This document shows, piece after piece, positions 27,745 to 36,839 of a stretch of 64,000 nt of DNA. Source of the stretch: Candidatus Aminicenantia bacterium (GTDB taxonomy: Bacteria; Acidobacteriota; Aminicenantia; Aminicenantales; Saccharicenantaceae); assembly GCA_041479905.1 (NCBI GenBank), contig JBGOYY010000010.1, forward strand, positions 1,370 through 65,369, read 5' to 3'. The number at the start of each line of letters is the position of its first letter. The stretch's first letter is position 1. The translations under genes were made by a program, and so were the position numbers. The notes beneath the pieces were generated by a model. It saw only the letters and a program-made list of their open reading frames with translations. It was not told the origin of the DNA and did no database searches.

Positions 27745-28782
27745 TTGCTGATCATTGGCTTTGCAGTCGCAGCAGGCGCTCTTGTCTTATCATACCTGTG
27801 CGTCGCGGGATTGCGCCGCTGGGCGGCCGGGTGGATGCTTGATATTCCGAATGTCCGTAGTACGCATACCCGGCCGACTCTCCGGGGAGGCGGGCTAGGT
27901 ATCGTTATCAGTGTTCTTGTCGGAGCCTGGAGCTTATTTGCTACGCAAATCATAAGTATGCCGTTATTGGAGATCGCGGCTCTCAGCCTCGGCGGGGGTA
28001 TCGTGGCGTTGATTGGATGGCTTGATGATATCCGCCGGTTGCCGTATCGAATACGACTGGTCGTCCAAGCGATAAGCTCGGCAATAGTCATATTTGCTAT
28101 CGGCTATTATCATGCCGTAACAGTCCCTTTTGCTAGTGAGATTCATTTGTATTCAATAGGTATCCCATTCACGCTTTTATGGATGATGGGTTTGACTAAT
28201 GCTTATAATTTCATGGATGGGATAGATGGGATTGCAGGTGGTCAAGCAGTTATTGCTGGGTTGGGGTGGACCATTATCGGCTTTATGAGCGGTCAATCGT
28301 TCATTGGCCTAATTGGATTGCTCTTAGCCGCGTCCAGCCTAGGTTTTCTATTCCACAACTGGCCTCCTGCTAGAATATTTATGGGGGATGTGGGGAGTGC
28401 TTTTATTGGATTTACCTTGGCGGTTCTTCCCATTCTTGCGGCCCAAAGGGACACACGCTTCATGGTTGCAGGAGTCTTGATGGTTTGGCCGTTCATTTTT
28501 GACACTTCATTCACGTTGGTGCGCCGTTTGTTTAATAAAGAAAATATTTTCGTGGCCCATCGGTCGCATATATATCAACGGTTGGTCATTGCTGGATATA
28601 GCCATCGCTTTGTGACGCTCGTCTACATAGCCTTGGCGGCCATAGGGGCCGTCATCTCTCTGCTATGGTATAAAAGAGCGCCTTTTGTTAATGTAGCTGT
28701 ATTTGTGCTCCCAATCCTGCTCTTCGCTGGGTTGTGGCGATTTACAGTCAGAGCTGAATCGCGCGCTCATTCAGGAGCGTAG
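27745..28782 (+). CDS. Polyprenyl-phosphate HexNAc-1-phosphate transferase (MraY/WecA/WbpL family), the initiating glycosyltransferase
   Basis: Polytopic. Motifs NAYNFMDGIDGIAGG and HNWPPARIFMGDVGS. TTG 27745 is preferred as the start (AGGAGAG lies 7 nt upstream). Confidence 0.8.
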   Translation: MLIIGFAVAAGALVLSYLCVAGLRRWAAGWMLDIPNVRSTHTRPTLRGGGLGIVISVLVGAWSLFATQIISMPLLEIAALSLGGGIVALIGWLDDIRRLPYRIRLVVQAISSAIVIFAIGYYHAVTVPFASEIHLYSIGIPFTLLWMMGLTNAYNFMDGIDGIAGGQAVIAGLGWTIIGFMSGQSFIGLIGLLLAASSLGFLFHNWPPARIFMGDVGSAFIGFTLAVLPILAAQRDTRFMVAGVLMVWPFIFDTSFTLVRRLFNKENIFVAHRSHIYQRLVIAGYSHRFVTLVYIALAAIGAVISLLWYKRAPFVNVAVFVLPILLFAGLWRFTVRAESRAHSGA

Positions 28783-28839
28783 CGGCTCGTTTTATCTGCT
28801 AATAGAAAAAGCGGGAGAACTGGTTTAGGGGTTGATGAA

Positions 28840-30759
28840 ATGAATATGCGTTTTCTGAAACCAGGAAAAAGCATGGGCCGAATGACGCCGCTTAAGAGGC
28901 GCGGGTTTTTCTTTTTAGCCGATTTGCTCTTAATCGCGTTCTCGATATATGGGTCATTCTGGCTGAGGTTCGACGGCGCGATTCCGGCCGATTTCGTTCG
29001 AAAATTCCCTTTCTACTTTGGGCTGGCTCTTATCGTCAAAATATCGTTCCTCGCCATCTTCGGCATGTATAGCGTTTCTTGGCGATTTTTTGGTCTCAGC
29101 GATTTGGTGAAGCTCATCGCAGCGGTCTCGACCGCCTCTCTTGTCCTGGCGGCGATCTTTCTGGGCTTTCGGATCCGCGGACCGTTGGCTGGCTTTCCGC
29201 GGGCCGTAATGCTTGCGGATTACGTTATGACGCTGGGCGCCCTTGGCGCGCTACGCATTTCCAAAAGGGCCGTCATTGAATACTTTAGCAAATCGGGGAG
29301 AATGAGGCGAGGGCGCACACGGATTCTGATCGTCGGCGCGGGAGATGCCGGCAGTGCGATTGGCCGGGACATGCTGATCAATAAAAAATCCAAGTATTCC
29401 CCCATTGGATATGTCGACGACGATTTATCCAAGAGAGGGATGAGCATTCAAGGCATTAAGGTGATCGGGACACGGTACGACATCCCAACGCTGTTGAAAG
29501 CGAACGCGGTGGATGAAGTCCTGATTGCCATTCCGTCTTTTCGTTCAAAGGACATTCGGGCCGTTGTCGAGATCATCCGGAATTCTGGCGGGCCGGCGAA
29601 AGTAAAGATCCTCCCAGGAATCCTGGATCTCATGGACGGGAATGTCACCCTCTCCGACATCAAGGAAGTCCGGGTCGAAGATCTTTTGGGGAGGGAAAAA
29701 GTTGAGATCGATTTTGAAGCCATACGTGCCTTCTTGAACAGAAAGCGTGTCCTGATTACGGGGGCAGGCGGGTCCATCGGAAGCGAGCTCACCCGGACGG
29801 TGCTCCAGTATGAACCGCGTGCGGTCGCCTTCCTGGATATTGATGAAACTGAGCTTTTTCACTTAATGAATCGTTTCCGCGGGACAGGCGTGGAGATCGT
29901 TGAAGTGATAGGGGATATAAAGGACAGGGTCAAAATGGAGGATGTTTTTGCCAACTTCCGTCCAGAAATCATCCTCCACTCTGCCGCCTACAAGCATGTT
30001 CCGGTGCTCGAGAGCTATCCGGAAGAAGCGGTAAAAACAAACGTTTTGGGAACGAAAATATTGGGTGAGCTGTCCTTGAAATATAAGGTCGAGAAATTCG
30101 TCTATATATCGACGGACAAGGCCATTAATCCCACGAGCGTCATGGGCTCTACTAAACGGGTGGGAGAGGAGATGCTCAGGGTCCTCAACGGGCGAAACGG
30201 GACGAAGTTCATTTCGGTGAGGTTCGGGAACGTCCTGGGAAGTCGCGGGAGCGTCATCCCGGTTTTTGAGGAGCAGATCAAGAAGGGAGGGCCGGTGATG
30301 GTGACCCATCCCGAGATGAAGAGATATTTCATGGCGACCTCGGAAGCGGTCCTCCTCGTGCTCGAAGCGGCGGCGATCGGGGAGGGGGGCGAAGCCTATG
30401 TCCTCGATATGGGCGAACCCATTAGGATCCTCGACCTAGCCAAGGAAATGATCAGGCTCAGCGGTCACGAGCCGGATGTCGATATCCCCATCGTATTCAG
30501 CGGGCTCAGGCCCGGGGAGAAGCTCTTCGAGGAGCTGCTGGGAGCAGAGGAAGGGTCGGAACCGACCGAGCATGCCAGGATCTTCAGGGTGCGAAACCCC
30601 AAGGTCAGGCCCGAGGACGAAACGCTCCAAAAGATCGAGAAGCTGATCAACGCATGTTATGATGGGAGCGATCGGAGGAACATCATTGACGGCCTTGTGG
30701 ATATCGTCCCGACCTATAAGCCGGGCACACTCGGAAGTGGGCCCAAGGCTGGGCTATAG
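28840..30759 (+). CDS. Membrane-anchored NDP-sugar 4,6-dehydratase (WbpM/CapD/PglF family)
   Basis: 639 aa. N-terminal TM helices, then VLITGAGGSIGSEL, STDKAINPTSVMGSTKR and FGNVLGSRGSVIPVF. Confidence 0.88.
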   Translation: MNMRFLKPGKSMGRMTPLKRRGFFFLADLLLIAFSIYGSFWLRFDGAIPADFVRKFPFYFGLALIVKISFLAIFGMYSVSWRFFGLSDLVKLIAAVSTASLVLAAIFLGFRIRGPLAGFPRAVMLADYVMTLGALGALRISKRAVIEYFSKSGRMRRGRTRILIVGAGDAGSAIGRDMLINKKSKYSPIGYVDDDLSKRGMSIQGIKVIGTRYDIPTLLKANAVDEVLIAIPSFRSKDIRAVVEIIRNSGGPAKVKILPGILDLMDGNVTLSDIKEVRVEDLLGREKVEIDFEAIRAFLNRKRVLITGAGGSIGSELTRTVLQYEPRAVAFLDIDETELFHLMNRFRGTGVEIVEVIGDIKDRVKMEDVFANFRPEIILHSAAYKHVPVLESYPEEAVKTNVLGTKILGELSLKYKVEKFVYISTDKAINPTSVMGSTKRVGEEMLRVLNGRNGTKFISVRFGNVLGSRGSVIPVFEEQIKKGGPVMVTHPEMKRYFMATSEAVLLVLEAAAIGEGGEAYVLDMGEPIRILDLAKEMIRLSGHEPDVDIPIVFSGLRPGEKLFEELLGAEEGSEPTEHARIFRVRNPKVRPEDETLQKIEKLINACYDGSDRRNIIDGLVDIVPTYKPGTLGSGPKAGL

Positions 30760-30803
30760 GCCAGACGAAATTTGCCGGTGCGAGCATTCCCTTGATTAAA
30801 CAC

Positions 30804-32042
30804 ATGCCTGGGCGAAGAGTACTTGCCGTTGCGATAGTCCTGCTCATGACGGGCTTGAGCGTATCATTCGCCGAAACCTGGAAGGGCCAGGAGCTCGAGA
30901 GGAAGTGGCACGCGGCCGCCTGGCGCTTCGGGCCGTTCCGCATCCAGCCGTCGCTTGTCATTTCGAACGCCGGGGTGGATTCGAACCTCTACTATTCGAC
31001 GAACGAGCCAATCAAGGACTTTACGATAACCGCGGGACCGGCAGGCACCGTTTATGTCCCAATTCACAGGAAGTTCGTCCTATCTGCTTACGGCTCGCCC
31101 CAGTACGTCTGGTACTCAAAGACCGATCGGGAAAGGACTTGGAACTATTATTTCAGCGGGGCGGCCCAGCTCAGCTTGAAGAACGTCTTCTTCAGCCTTG
31201 AGGGAAACTACTCCGACGCTCGGGAACGTTGGAACACGGAGATCGACATCCGGCCGAGGCGAAAAGAAGAAGGTTACGGCGGTTCAGTCCTGGTCAAGGC
31301 GGCCTGGAAGACCTCGTTCTCCTTGGGCTACCGGACGGTCAAGTATGACTATGAGAGCGTTGTGTATGGGGATAGCTTCGATGTCCGGGAGCGACTGAAC
31401 AGGAAGGAGAGCTACGCGAATTTCTCGATGTTCTACCAGGCGTCGACGCAGAGGCGTTTTTTTCTGGACTTCGAATATGGCCAGTACGAATTCGAATTCA
31501 CAACACAGGCGGCCATCGGGAATTCACGAAGCGGGGCCGCTTTTGCTGGGCTCGAGTTCTCGCCCTTGGGGCGGCGCGTCCGCGGCCGCATCCGGGTCGG
31601 CTACAAGAAGTTCGACATCCGTAACCCGGAAGTGCCGGACAACGGAGGGATCGTCGGCGACTCCCAGCTTTCGGTCCGACTGGCGAAACCCTTTGTCATC
31701 CGCGGGTCATACGTTCGCGATGTCCGCTTTTCGCTTTGGTATGACAATCCCTATTACGTCGAGAGCCGCCCGGGCGCGGGTGTGTCGCTTTATCTACTGC
31801 GGTTCCTGCGCCTCGATTACGATTATTCAGTGGGAAGAAACAGGTATCCCGTGGTCGGGGGCGGCGGTCCGGACGTGAAAAGGCTCGATGAATACAGGAT
31901 TCATTCTGCCGCTGTCTATTTCAGGATCAAGAAGAGCGTCGCACTCGGCTTCATCGCCAGTTGGTGGGCGCGGAAGTCGAATCTGAGCGCCGAGGATGAC
32001 AAAAGGACGTTCTTTGGGTTAAACTTGACGTACGATTTTTAG
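30804..32042 (+). CDS. Predicted outer-membrane beta-barrel protein associated with the export module
   Basis: Has a signal peptide (RRVLAVAIVLLMTGLSVSFAE), an alternating amphipathic pattern, and a C-terminal ...GLNLTYDF ending in an aromatic residue. The track start at 30792 is TTG; ATG 30804 is preferred. Confidence 0.6.
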   Translation: MPGRRVLAVAIVLLMTGLSVSFAETWKGQELERKWHAAAWRFGPFRIQPSLVISNAGVDSNLYYSTNEPIKDFTITAGPAGTVYVPIHRKFVLSAYGSPQYVWYSKTDRERTWNYYFSGAAQLSLKNVFFSLEGNYSDARERWNTEIDIRPRRKEEGYGGSVLVKAAWKTSFSLGYRTVKYDYESVVYGDSFDVRERLNRKESYANFSMFYQASTQRRFFLDFEYGQYEFEFTTQAAIGNSRSGAAFAGLEFSPLGRRVRGRIRVGYKKFDIRNPEVPDNGGIVGDSQLSVRLAKPFVIRGSYVRDVRFSLWYDNPYYVESRPGAGVSLYLLRFLRLDYDYSVGRNRYPVVGGGGPDVKRLDEYRIHSAAVYFRIKKSVALGFIASWWARKSNLSAEDDKRTFFGLNLTYDF

Positions 32043-32071
32043 CTTTGGATGGGAATGAATTGTTGGAGAGG

Positions 32072-32944
32072 ATGAAGATGAATATCGCCGCGCTCGTATT
32101 CGCCGTCGCAATCGTAGCCGCACCGGGCCAGGCTCCAGCCCAAGCTCAAGCTCAGGAGGCGCGGGACGTCTTCGTCCGGGCCTACCGGGTCGGGCCGGGG
32201 GACCTGCTCGAGCTCAAGGTCTTCGAAGTCAAGGAGCTCGACCAGGTCGTCCGCGTCTCGGAGGACGGCTCGATCACCCTGCCGCTCCTTGGGCGCATTA
32301 TCGTCGAGGGCCTGACCCAGGAAGGGGTCGTCCAGAAGCTCACCGGCCTGCTCCAGGCCAAGTATGTCAAGAACCCCCAGGTGACGATATTCATCAAGGA
32401 GTACAAGAACCAGCAAGTGGCTGTGATCGGGGCAGTCGAGAAGGCCGGAAGCTACGAACTCGTCGGCCGCAAGAACCTGCTCCAGATCATCTCCATGGCC
32501 GGCGGGTTCAGCGAGACTGCCGGCAATGAGATCTTCATCCTACGCGAGGGACCGGACGGCGCGACATCGAGCGTGGCCATCGACCTCAAGGACCTCCTCG
32601 TCAACGGCAACCAGAAGCTCAATATCCCCATTGAGCCGAACGACGTCATCAACGTGCCGGTGGACAGGGAAATCCGGGTATTCGTCATGGGCCGGGTCAC
32701 CAAGCCCGGGGCGATCAAGTCGAAGCTCTCCGAGGGTGTGACGCTCCTCCAGGCCATTGCCGACGCGGGAGGGCTGGCCGAAGGTGCTAAAGAGAGCGCA
32801 ATCACGATCACACGCAAGGACAAAGCGGGGAAAGAACAGAAGATCAGGGTGAACCTGAGGGATATCCTCAAGGGCAAGAAAAAGGACGTCGTGCTGCAGG
32901 AAGGTGACGTTGTGTATGTGCCGGAGTCGTTTTGGGAGCCATAA
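32072..32944 (+). CDS. wza: Polysaccharide export protein (Wza / Poly_export + SLBB)
   Basis: YRVGPGDLLELKVFEVKELDQVVRVSEDGSITLPLLGRIIVEGLT, with later SLBB-like repeats. The start may be ATG 32072 or 32078. Confidence 0.85.
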   Translation: MKMNIAALVFAVAIVAAPGQAPAQAQAQEARDVFVRAYRVGPGDLLELKVFEVKELDQVVRVSEDGSITLPLLGRIIVEGLTQEGVVQKLTGLLQAKYVKNPQVTIFIKEYKNQQVAVIGAVEKAGSYELVGRKNLLQIISMAGGFSETAGNEIFILREGPDGATSSVAIDLKDLLVNGNQKLNIPIEPNDVINVPVDREIRVFVMGRVTKPGAIKSKLSEGVTLLQAIADAGGLAEGAKESAITITRKDKAGKEQKIRVNLRDILKGKKKDVVLQEGDVVYVPESFWEP

Positions 32945-35236
32945 ATGAAAAACGGTAATGAGATCCAGATCGCGGATTATGAAGTCGCCGAAAGGCAGGA
33001 GCAGGAGATCAATCTCCGGGAATACTGGGAAAAAATCCTGCGGCGCAAGGGTACGATCCTTTCGGTCACCCTGGCCGTCTTCGTCCTCGGGGCGTTCTGG
33101 ACGTACACCCGGAAGCCCGTCTATACGGCCACATCGACGCTACTCATCGAAAAGGAGCCGAATATCCTCTCGTTCGACCAGGTCCTCCAGATCGAGTCCG
33201 GGAGGGACGATTACTACCAGACGCAGTTTAAGCTCCTGAGCAGCCGGGGCCTGGCCGACAACGTCGTCGACAGGCTCAAGCTCTACGAGAACCCGGAGTT
33301 CGTCGGTAAGCCCGGCAAGCGGGAAAAGCCTATCGACCCGACTGACTACGTCTTTCGCGAGGGCCTGGTCGGCGGATTCCTCGGGAGGCTCTCGGTTAAG
33401 CCCGTGCGCTTGACGCGCCTGGTGGAAGTCTCGTTCTCGGCCGGGGATCCCAAGCTCGCCGCCGAGTGCGCCAACGAGCTGGCCGCCGCCTTCATCGACC
33501 TCAACATCAACATTAAGTACGCCGCGACCGAACAGGCGACGACCTTCCTCTCGGAGCAGATCAAAGGGCTCCAAAGCGAGATCGAGCAGAAGGGAAAACA
33601 GCTCCAGGGATTCGAGGCCGAGGCCAACATCATCGCCCTGAGCGACAACGAGACGACCGTCATCGACCGGCTGAGCCAGCTCAATAAGGCCCTGACCGAG
33701 GCCCAGATCGACCGTTCGCAAGCGGAAGCGACGTGGAACGGGCTGAAGAATGTCAGCCCGGACTATGTCCCCGGGGCCATCAATAATCCGCTCATCCAAC
33801 GCCTGCGCGAGGACTACGTCCGGCTCAAGCGGGAATACCAGAAGATGGAGGAACGCTTCCAGCCGGACTACCCCGAGCTCCAGCGGACCAAGGTCGAGCT
33901 GGAGTCGGCCCGCAAGGCGCTCGAGGACGAGACCCAGAACCTGGTCAAGGGGGCTTACTCGGAATACCAGACTGCCCTCAAAAAGGAGAGGTCGCTCGAA
34001 ACCGAGTTTAACGAGCAGAAAAGCGCGGCCTTCGAGATGAACAGCAGCGCTGTCCTCTACAACGGGCTCAAGGTCGAGATCCAGAACAAGAAAACACTCC
34101 TCGACTCGCTGTTGAGGAGAGAGAGCGAGACGGGGGTCGAAGCCCGGCTCAAGGGACTACGGACGTCGAACGTCAGGGTCGTGGACAGGGCCCGCGTGCC
34201 GGTGCGGCCGTCGAGCCCGAACAAGAAGCGGAATTTGATACTGGCCCTGATCCTGGGACTGGGCGGGGGAGTGGGGCTCGCGTTACTCTTCGATTTCCTC
34301 GACAATAGCGTCAAAACGAGCGAGGACGTCGAGCGTTACGCCGGGTTGCCCACGCTCGGGGTCGTGCCCAAGTTCAGCCTGGAGGGTGCGAACAAAGCCT
34401 ATAGCTACGGGAGGAGGCTGAAGGGGAGAAAGGAGCCGAAGCAGATCGGTGCCGGTGCGGGAGAGGCGGTCGAGGCGGGCGCGGAAACGGCCTCCCCTGT
34501 CTCCGGTGACCCCGCGCCTTTCGTCGCCGAGGTCGAGAAGGCCGAGCGCCCCGGGAGCATCGAACTCATTCCCCATTATTTCCCGAACTCGCGGCTGGCC
34601 GAGAGCTACCGGTCGATACGGACGGCGCTTCTCCTGTCGTCCGCCGACCATCCCGTCAAGACGATCGCCGTGACCAGCGCCCTGCCCGGGGAAGGGAAGA
34701 CGGTCTCGGCGGCCAACCTGGCCATCACCCTGGCCCAGTCGGGGAAGACCGTGGTCGTCGTGGACGCGGACCTGAGGCGGCCGCGCCAGCACCGGCTGTT
34801 CAAGGTCAAGAACACCTACGGGCTGACGACCTACCTCACGGATTCGGTGCCGATCAAGGACGTCGTCAAGTCCACGGACATCCCGAACCTGTTCCTGGTC
34901 AACTCCGGGCCCATTCCGCCCAATCCGGCCGAGCTCCTCGGCTCGGACAAGATGACCAGGTTTATCAAGATGATGGGCGAGGAATGCGACTACCTCCTCT
35001 TCGACCTGCCGCCCATGCTCGAGATCAGCGATGCGCTCGTCTTGGGCGCCAAGGTCGACGGTGTCGTCCTCGTCGTCTGGGGCGACAAGACGTCGCGAGA
35101 GGCGCTGAAAAAGGTGCGGGAGAAGCTGGACATGCTCAAGGTCAGGACGCTCGGCGTCATCATCAACAACGTCACTTTGCCCCATCATGGGGCGTATTAT
35201 TATAAAGACTATTATCATGGGTATTATAGGTCATGA
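32945..35236 (+). CDS. wzc: Polysaccharide co-polymerase / BY-kinase (Wzc/GumC-type tyrosine autokinase)
   Basis: 763 aa. Has a Wzz-like N-terminus with a TM helix, a long coiled coil, a second TM helix, the Walker A motif TSALPGEGKTVSAANLA, VVVDADLRRP, and the Tyr-rich tail HHGAYYYKDYYHGYYRS. Confidence 0.9.
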   Translation: MKNGNEIQIADYEVAERQEQEINLREYWEKILRRKGTILSVTLAVFVLGAFWTYTRKPVYTATSTLLIEKEPNILSFDQVLQIESGRDDYYQTQFKLLSSRGLADNVVDRLKLYENPEFVGKPGKREKPIDPTDYVFREGLVGGFLGRLSVKPVRLTRLVEVSFSAGDPKLAAECANELAAAFIDLNINIKYAATEQATTFLSEQIKGLQSEIEQKGKQLQGFEAEANIIALSDNETTVIDRLSQLNKALTEAQIDRSQAEATWNGLKNVSPDYVPGAINNPLIQRLREDYVRLKREYQKMEERFQPDYPELQRTKVELESARKALEDETQNLVKGAYSEYQTALKKERSLETEFNEQKSAAFEMNSSAVLYNGLKVEIQNKKTLLDSLLRRESETGVEARLKGLRTSNVRVVDRARVPVRPSSPNKKRNLILALILGLGGGVGLALLFDFLDNSVKTSEDVERYAGLPTLGVVPKFSLEGANKAYSYGRRLKGRKEPKQIGAGAGEAVEAGAETASPVSGDPAPFVAEVEKAERPGSIELIPHYFPNSRLAESYRSIRTALLLSSADHPVKTIAVTSALPGEGKTVSAANLAITLAQSGKTVVVVDADLRRPRQHRLFKVKNTYGLTTYLTDSVPIKDVVKSTDIPNLFLVNSGPIPPNPAELLGSDKMTRFIKMMGEECDYLLFDLPPMLEISDALVLGAKVDGVVLVVWGDKTSREALKKVREKLDMLKVRTLGVIINNVTLPHHGAYYYKDYYHGYYRS

Positions 35237-35261
35237 AGAACGCAATCAAAAAGAGCAAGAA

Positions 35262-35342
35262 GGGGTCAGACCTACACAATTACGCATGTCGGGCAATGAA
35301 GAAAGCAGCAGAGCTCATGCGTAATTGAGTACGTCAGACCCC
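35262..35342. other. Long imperfect hairpin (27-nt arms, 27-nt loop) in the wzc-cpsB intergenic region
   Basis: Left arm GGGGTCAGACCTACACAATTACGCATG; right arm CATGCGTAATTGAGTACGTCAGACCCC. There are 3 mismatches by eye. Confidence 0.7.
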
Positions 35343-35367
35343 TAAGAGAAAACCCCAAAGAGAAGAT

Positions 35368-36249
35368 ATGATCGACCTGCACACGCATTTGCTCTGGGAC
35401 TGGGATGACGGGCCGGACGACCGCGCCCAGGCCCTGGAGATGTGCCGGATGGCCGAGAAGGACGGGGCCAAGGCGATCTGCCTCACGCCCCACCTCTTTC
35501 GGGCCAACCGGTATGGCGACAACCTGGAATTACTCCGCCAGAGGATGGTCGAGTTCGACGAGGAGATGCGCGCCTCCGGCATCGGCCTCGAGTTCCACTG
35601 GGGGGCCGAGGTTTACGTCCATGCCGAGGTCGTCCGGGCGGTCGAGAAGTTCAGGTTCACCGTCGACCAGACGAGCTATGTCTTCCTCGAGTTCGCCGCC
35701 GACGGCGTGCCGGTCGGGGCGGCCAACATGCTGGCCCAGCTGATGAGCAAGGGCTTCGTGCCCATAATCAGCCACCCGGAGAGAAACCGCGGTTTCGCCG
35801 CCCGCCCCGAGCTCCTCTTCGAGTTCGTCAACATGGGCTGTGCGGCCCAGGTTACCGCGTCGAGCCTAACCGGGGAGTTGGGGAAGGAGGCGCGGACGAC
35901 GGCCGGCCTGTTCATGGTCAATAACCTGGTCCACATCATCGCCAGCGATGCCCACCGGACTATCGGACGGCCTCCCGGTCTCAGCCGCGCCGTCGAGGCG
36001 GCGTCGAAGATCGTCGGCGAAAGCAAGGCCCGGGCCATGGTCACCGAGGTGCCGCGGGCGATCCTCGACAACAAAGCCCTGCCGGACTGGGGCGAGCCGG
36101 AGAACCCGCTCCGGCACAAGACCTGGACCCAGCGGCTCCTCGGGATGCCGCGGCGGTCGACGAGGACTGCGGGCTGGGGAGGGGGCGGGGGGCAGCGGGC
36201 TGGTTCCGGCCATACGACCGTCCTGAAAATCAAAAAGAATAGTACTTGA
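35368..36249 (+). CDS. PHP-family (CpsB/YwqE-type) protein-tyrosine phosphatase with a Gly/Arg-rich C-terminal extension
   Basis: MIDLHTHLLWDWDDGPDD..., ISHPERN and IIASDAH. The last roughly 40 aa (..RRSTRTAGWGGGGGQRAGSG..) look non-family. Confidence 0.8.
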   Translation: MIDLHTHLLWDWDDGPDDRAQALEMCRMAEKDGAKAICLTPHLFRANRYGDNLELLRQRMVEFDEEMRASGIGLEFHWGAEVYVHAEVVRAVEKFRFTVDQTSYVFLEFAADGVPVGAANMLAQLMSKGFVPIISHPERNRGFAARPELLFEFVNMGCAAQVTASSLTGELGKEARTTAGLFMVNNLVHIIASDAHRTIGRPPGLSRAVEAASKIVGESKARAMVTEVPRAILDNKALPDWGEPENPLRHKTWTQRLLGMPRRSTRTAGWGGGGGQRAGSGHTTVLKIKKNST

Positions 36250-36271
36250 CAGACAAAAAATGGTGTATAAT
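36246..36271 (+). promoter_or_regulatory. Promoter-like TTGACA / TATAAT pair upstream of paralog 1, with a short 14-nt spacer
   Basis: TTGACA at 36246-36251 and TATAAT at 36266-36271. This is an AT-rich patch in a GC-rich context, and the spacer is sub-optimal. Confidence 0.3.
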
Positions 36272-36290
36272 TACCCTAAGGAGCCCGAAA

Positions 36291-36827
36291 ATGTTAAAAG
36301 TTACTTCATTTCGTTCTAGGAGTCTGGCCGGCGGGTTGATCGCGGCCTTTGTGCTCCTTTTGATGCCCCTGCCGAGTTTCTCGGGGCAGCAGCCTCAGTC
36401 CTACGCGAGACAGGGGTCGCTCCAGGGGAACGTTTACTCGGAAGGGATGAGAACGCGCGTCACGAACGCCGTCGTCAAGCTCAGGAACCTCAACAATCAG
36501 AAGGAATACGCGAGCCAGCCGACCGACGTCAAGGGCGGCTATAAGATCCTGGGGATCGAGGAAGGCTGGTACACGCTCGGCGTCACCACGGCCGCCGGGG
36601 ACTTCAACCTGAATTACGGCGTCTACGTCAAGGCCGGCGTGACGGCCAAGCTCTCCGTCGTGATGCTCCCCGGGGGGATGCTCGAAGGTAAGGGCGGGAG
36701 CGGAGGCGGCGGGAAGAGCTTTTTCAAGACGCCGGCCGGCATCCTGACCATCGTGGCCCTCGGGGCCGGGGTAGGGTTCGGCATTTATGAGTTGACCAAA
36801 CAGAAAGAAGCTTCGCCGGTAAAATAG
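36291..36827 (+). CDS. Paralog 1: signal peptide, carboxypeptidase-regulatory-like beta-sandwich, then the C-terminal FFKTPAGI-TM-EASPVK tag
   Basis: AAGGAG lies 7 nt before ATG 36291. Sequence features: NAVVKLRNLNNQKEYASQPTDVKGGYKILGIEEGWYTLGV and the end ..SFFKTPAGILTIVALGAGVGFGIYELTKQKEASPVK. Confidence 0.8.
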   Translation: MLKVTSFRSRSLAGGLIAAFVLLLMPLPSFSGQQPQSYARQGSLQGNVYSEGMRTRVTNAVVKLRNLNNQKEYASQPTDVKGGYKILGIEEGWYTLGVTTAAGDFNLNYGVYVKAGVTAKLSVVMLPGGMLEGKGGSGGGGKSFFKTPAGILTIVALGAGVGFGIYELTKQKEASPVK

Positions 36828-36839
36828 GGGAGGCAAAAA

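Noticed and set aside
36246-36290. Track start (TTG 36246) for paralog 1, which adds MTDKKWCIITLRSPK
   Set aside because: These bases form the promoter-like TTGACA/TATAAT region and overlap the phosphatase stop. ATG 36291 has a proper AAGGAG RBS and gives an N-terminus parallel to those of paralogs 2 and 3.
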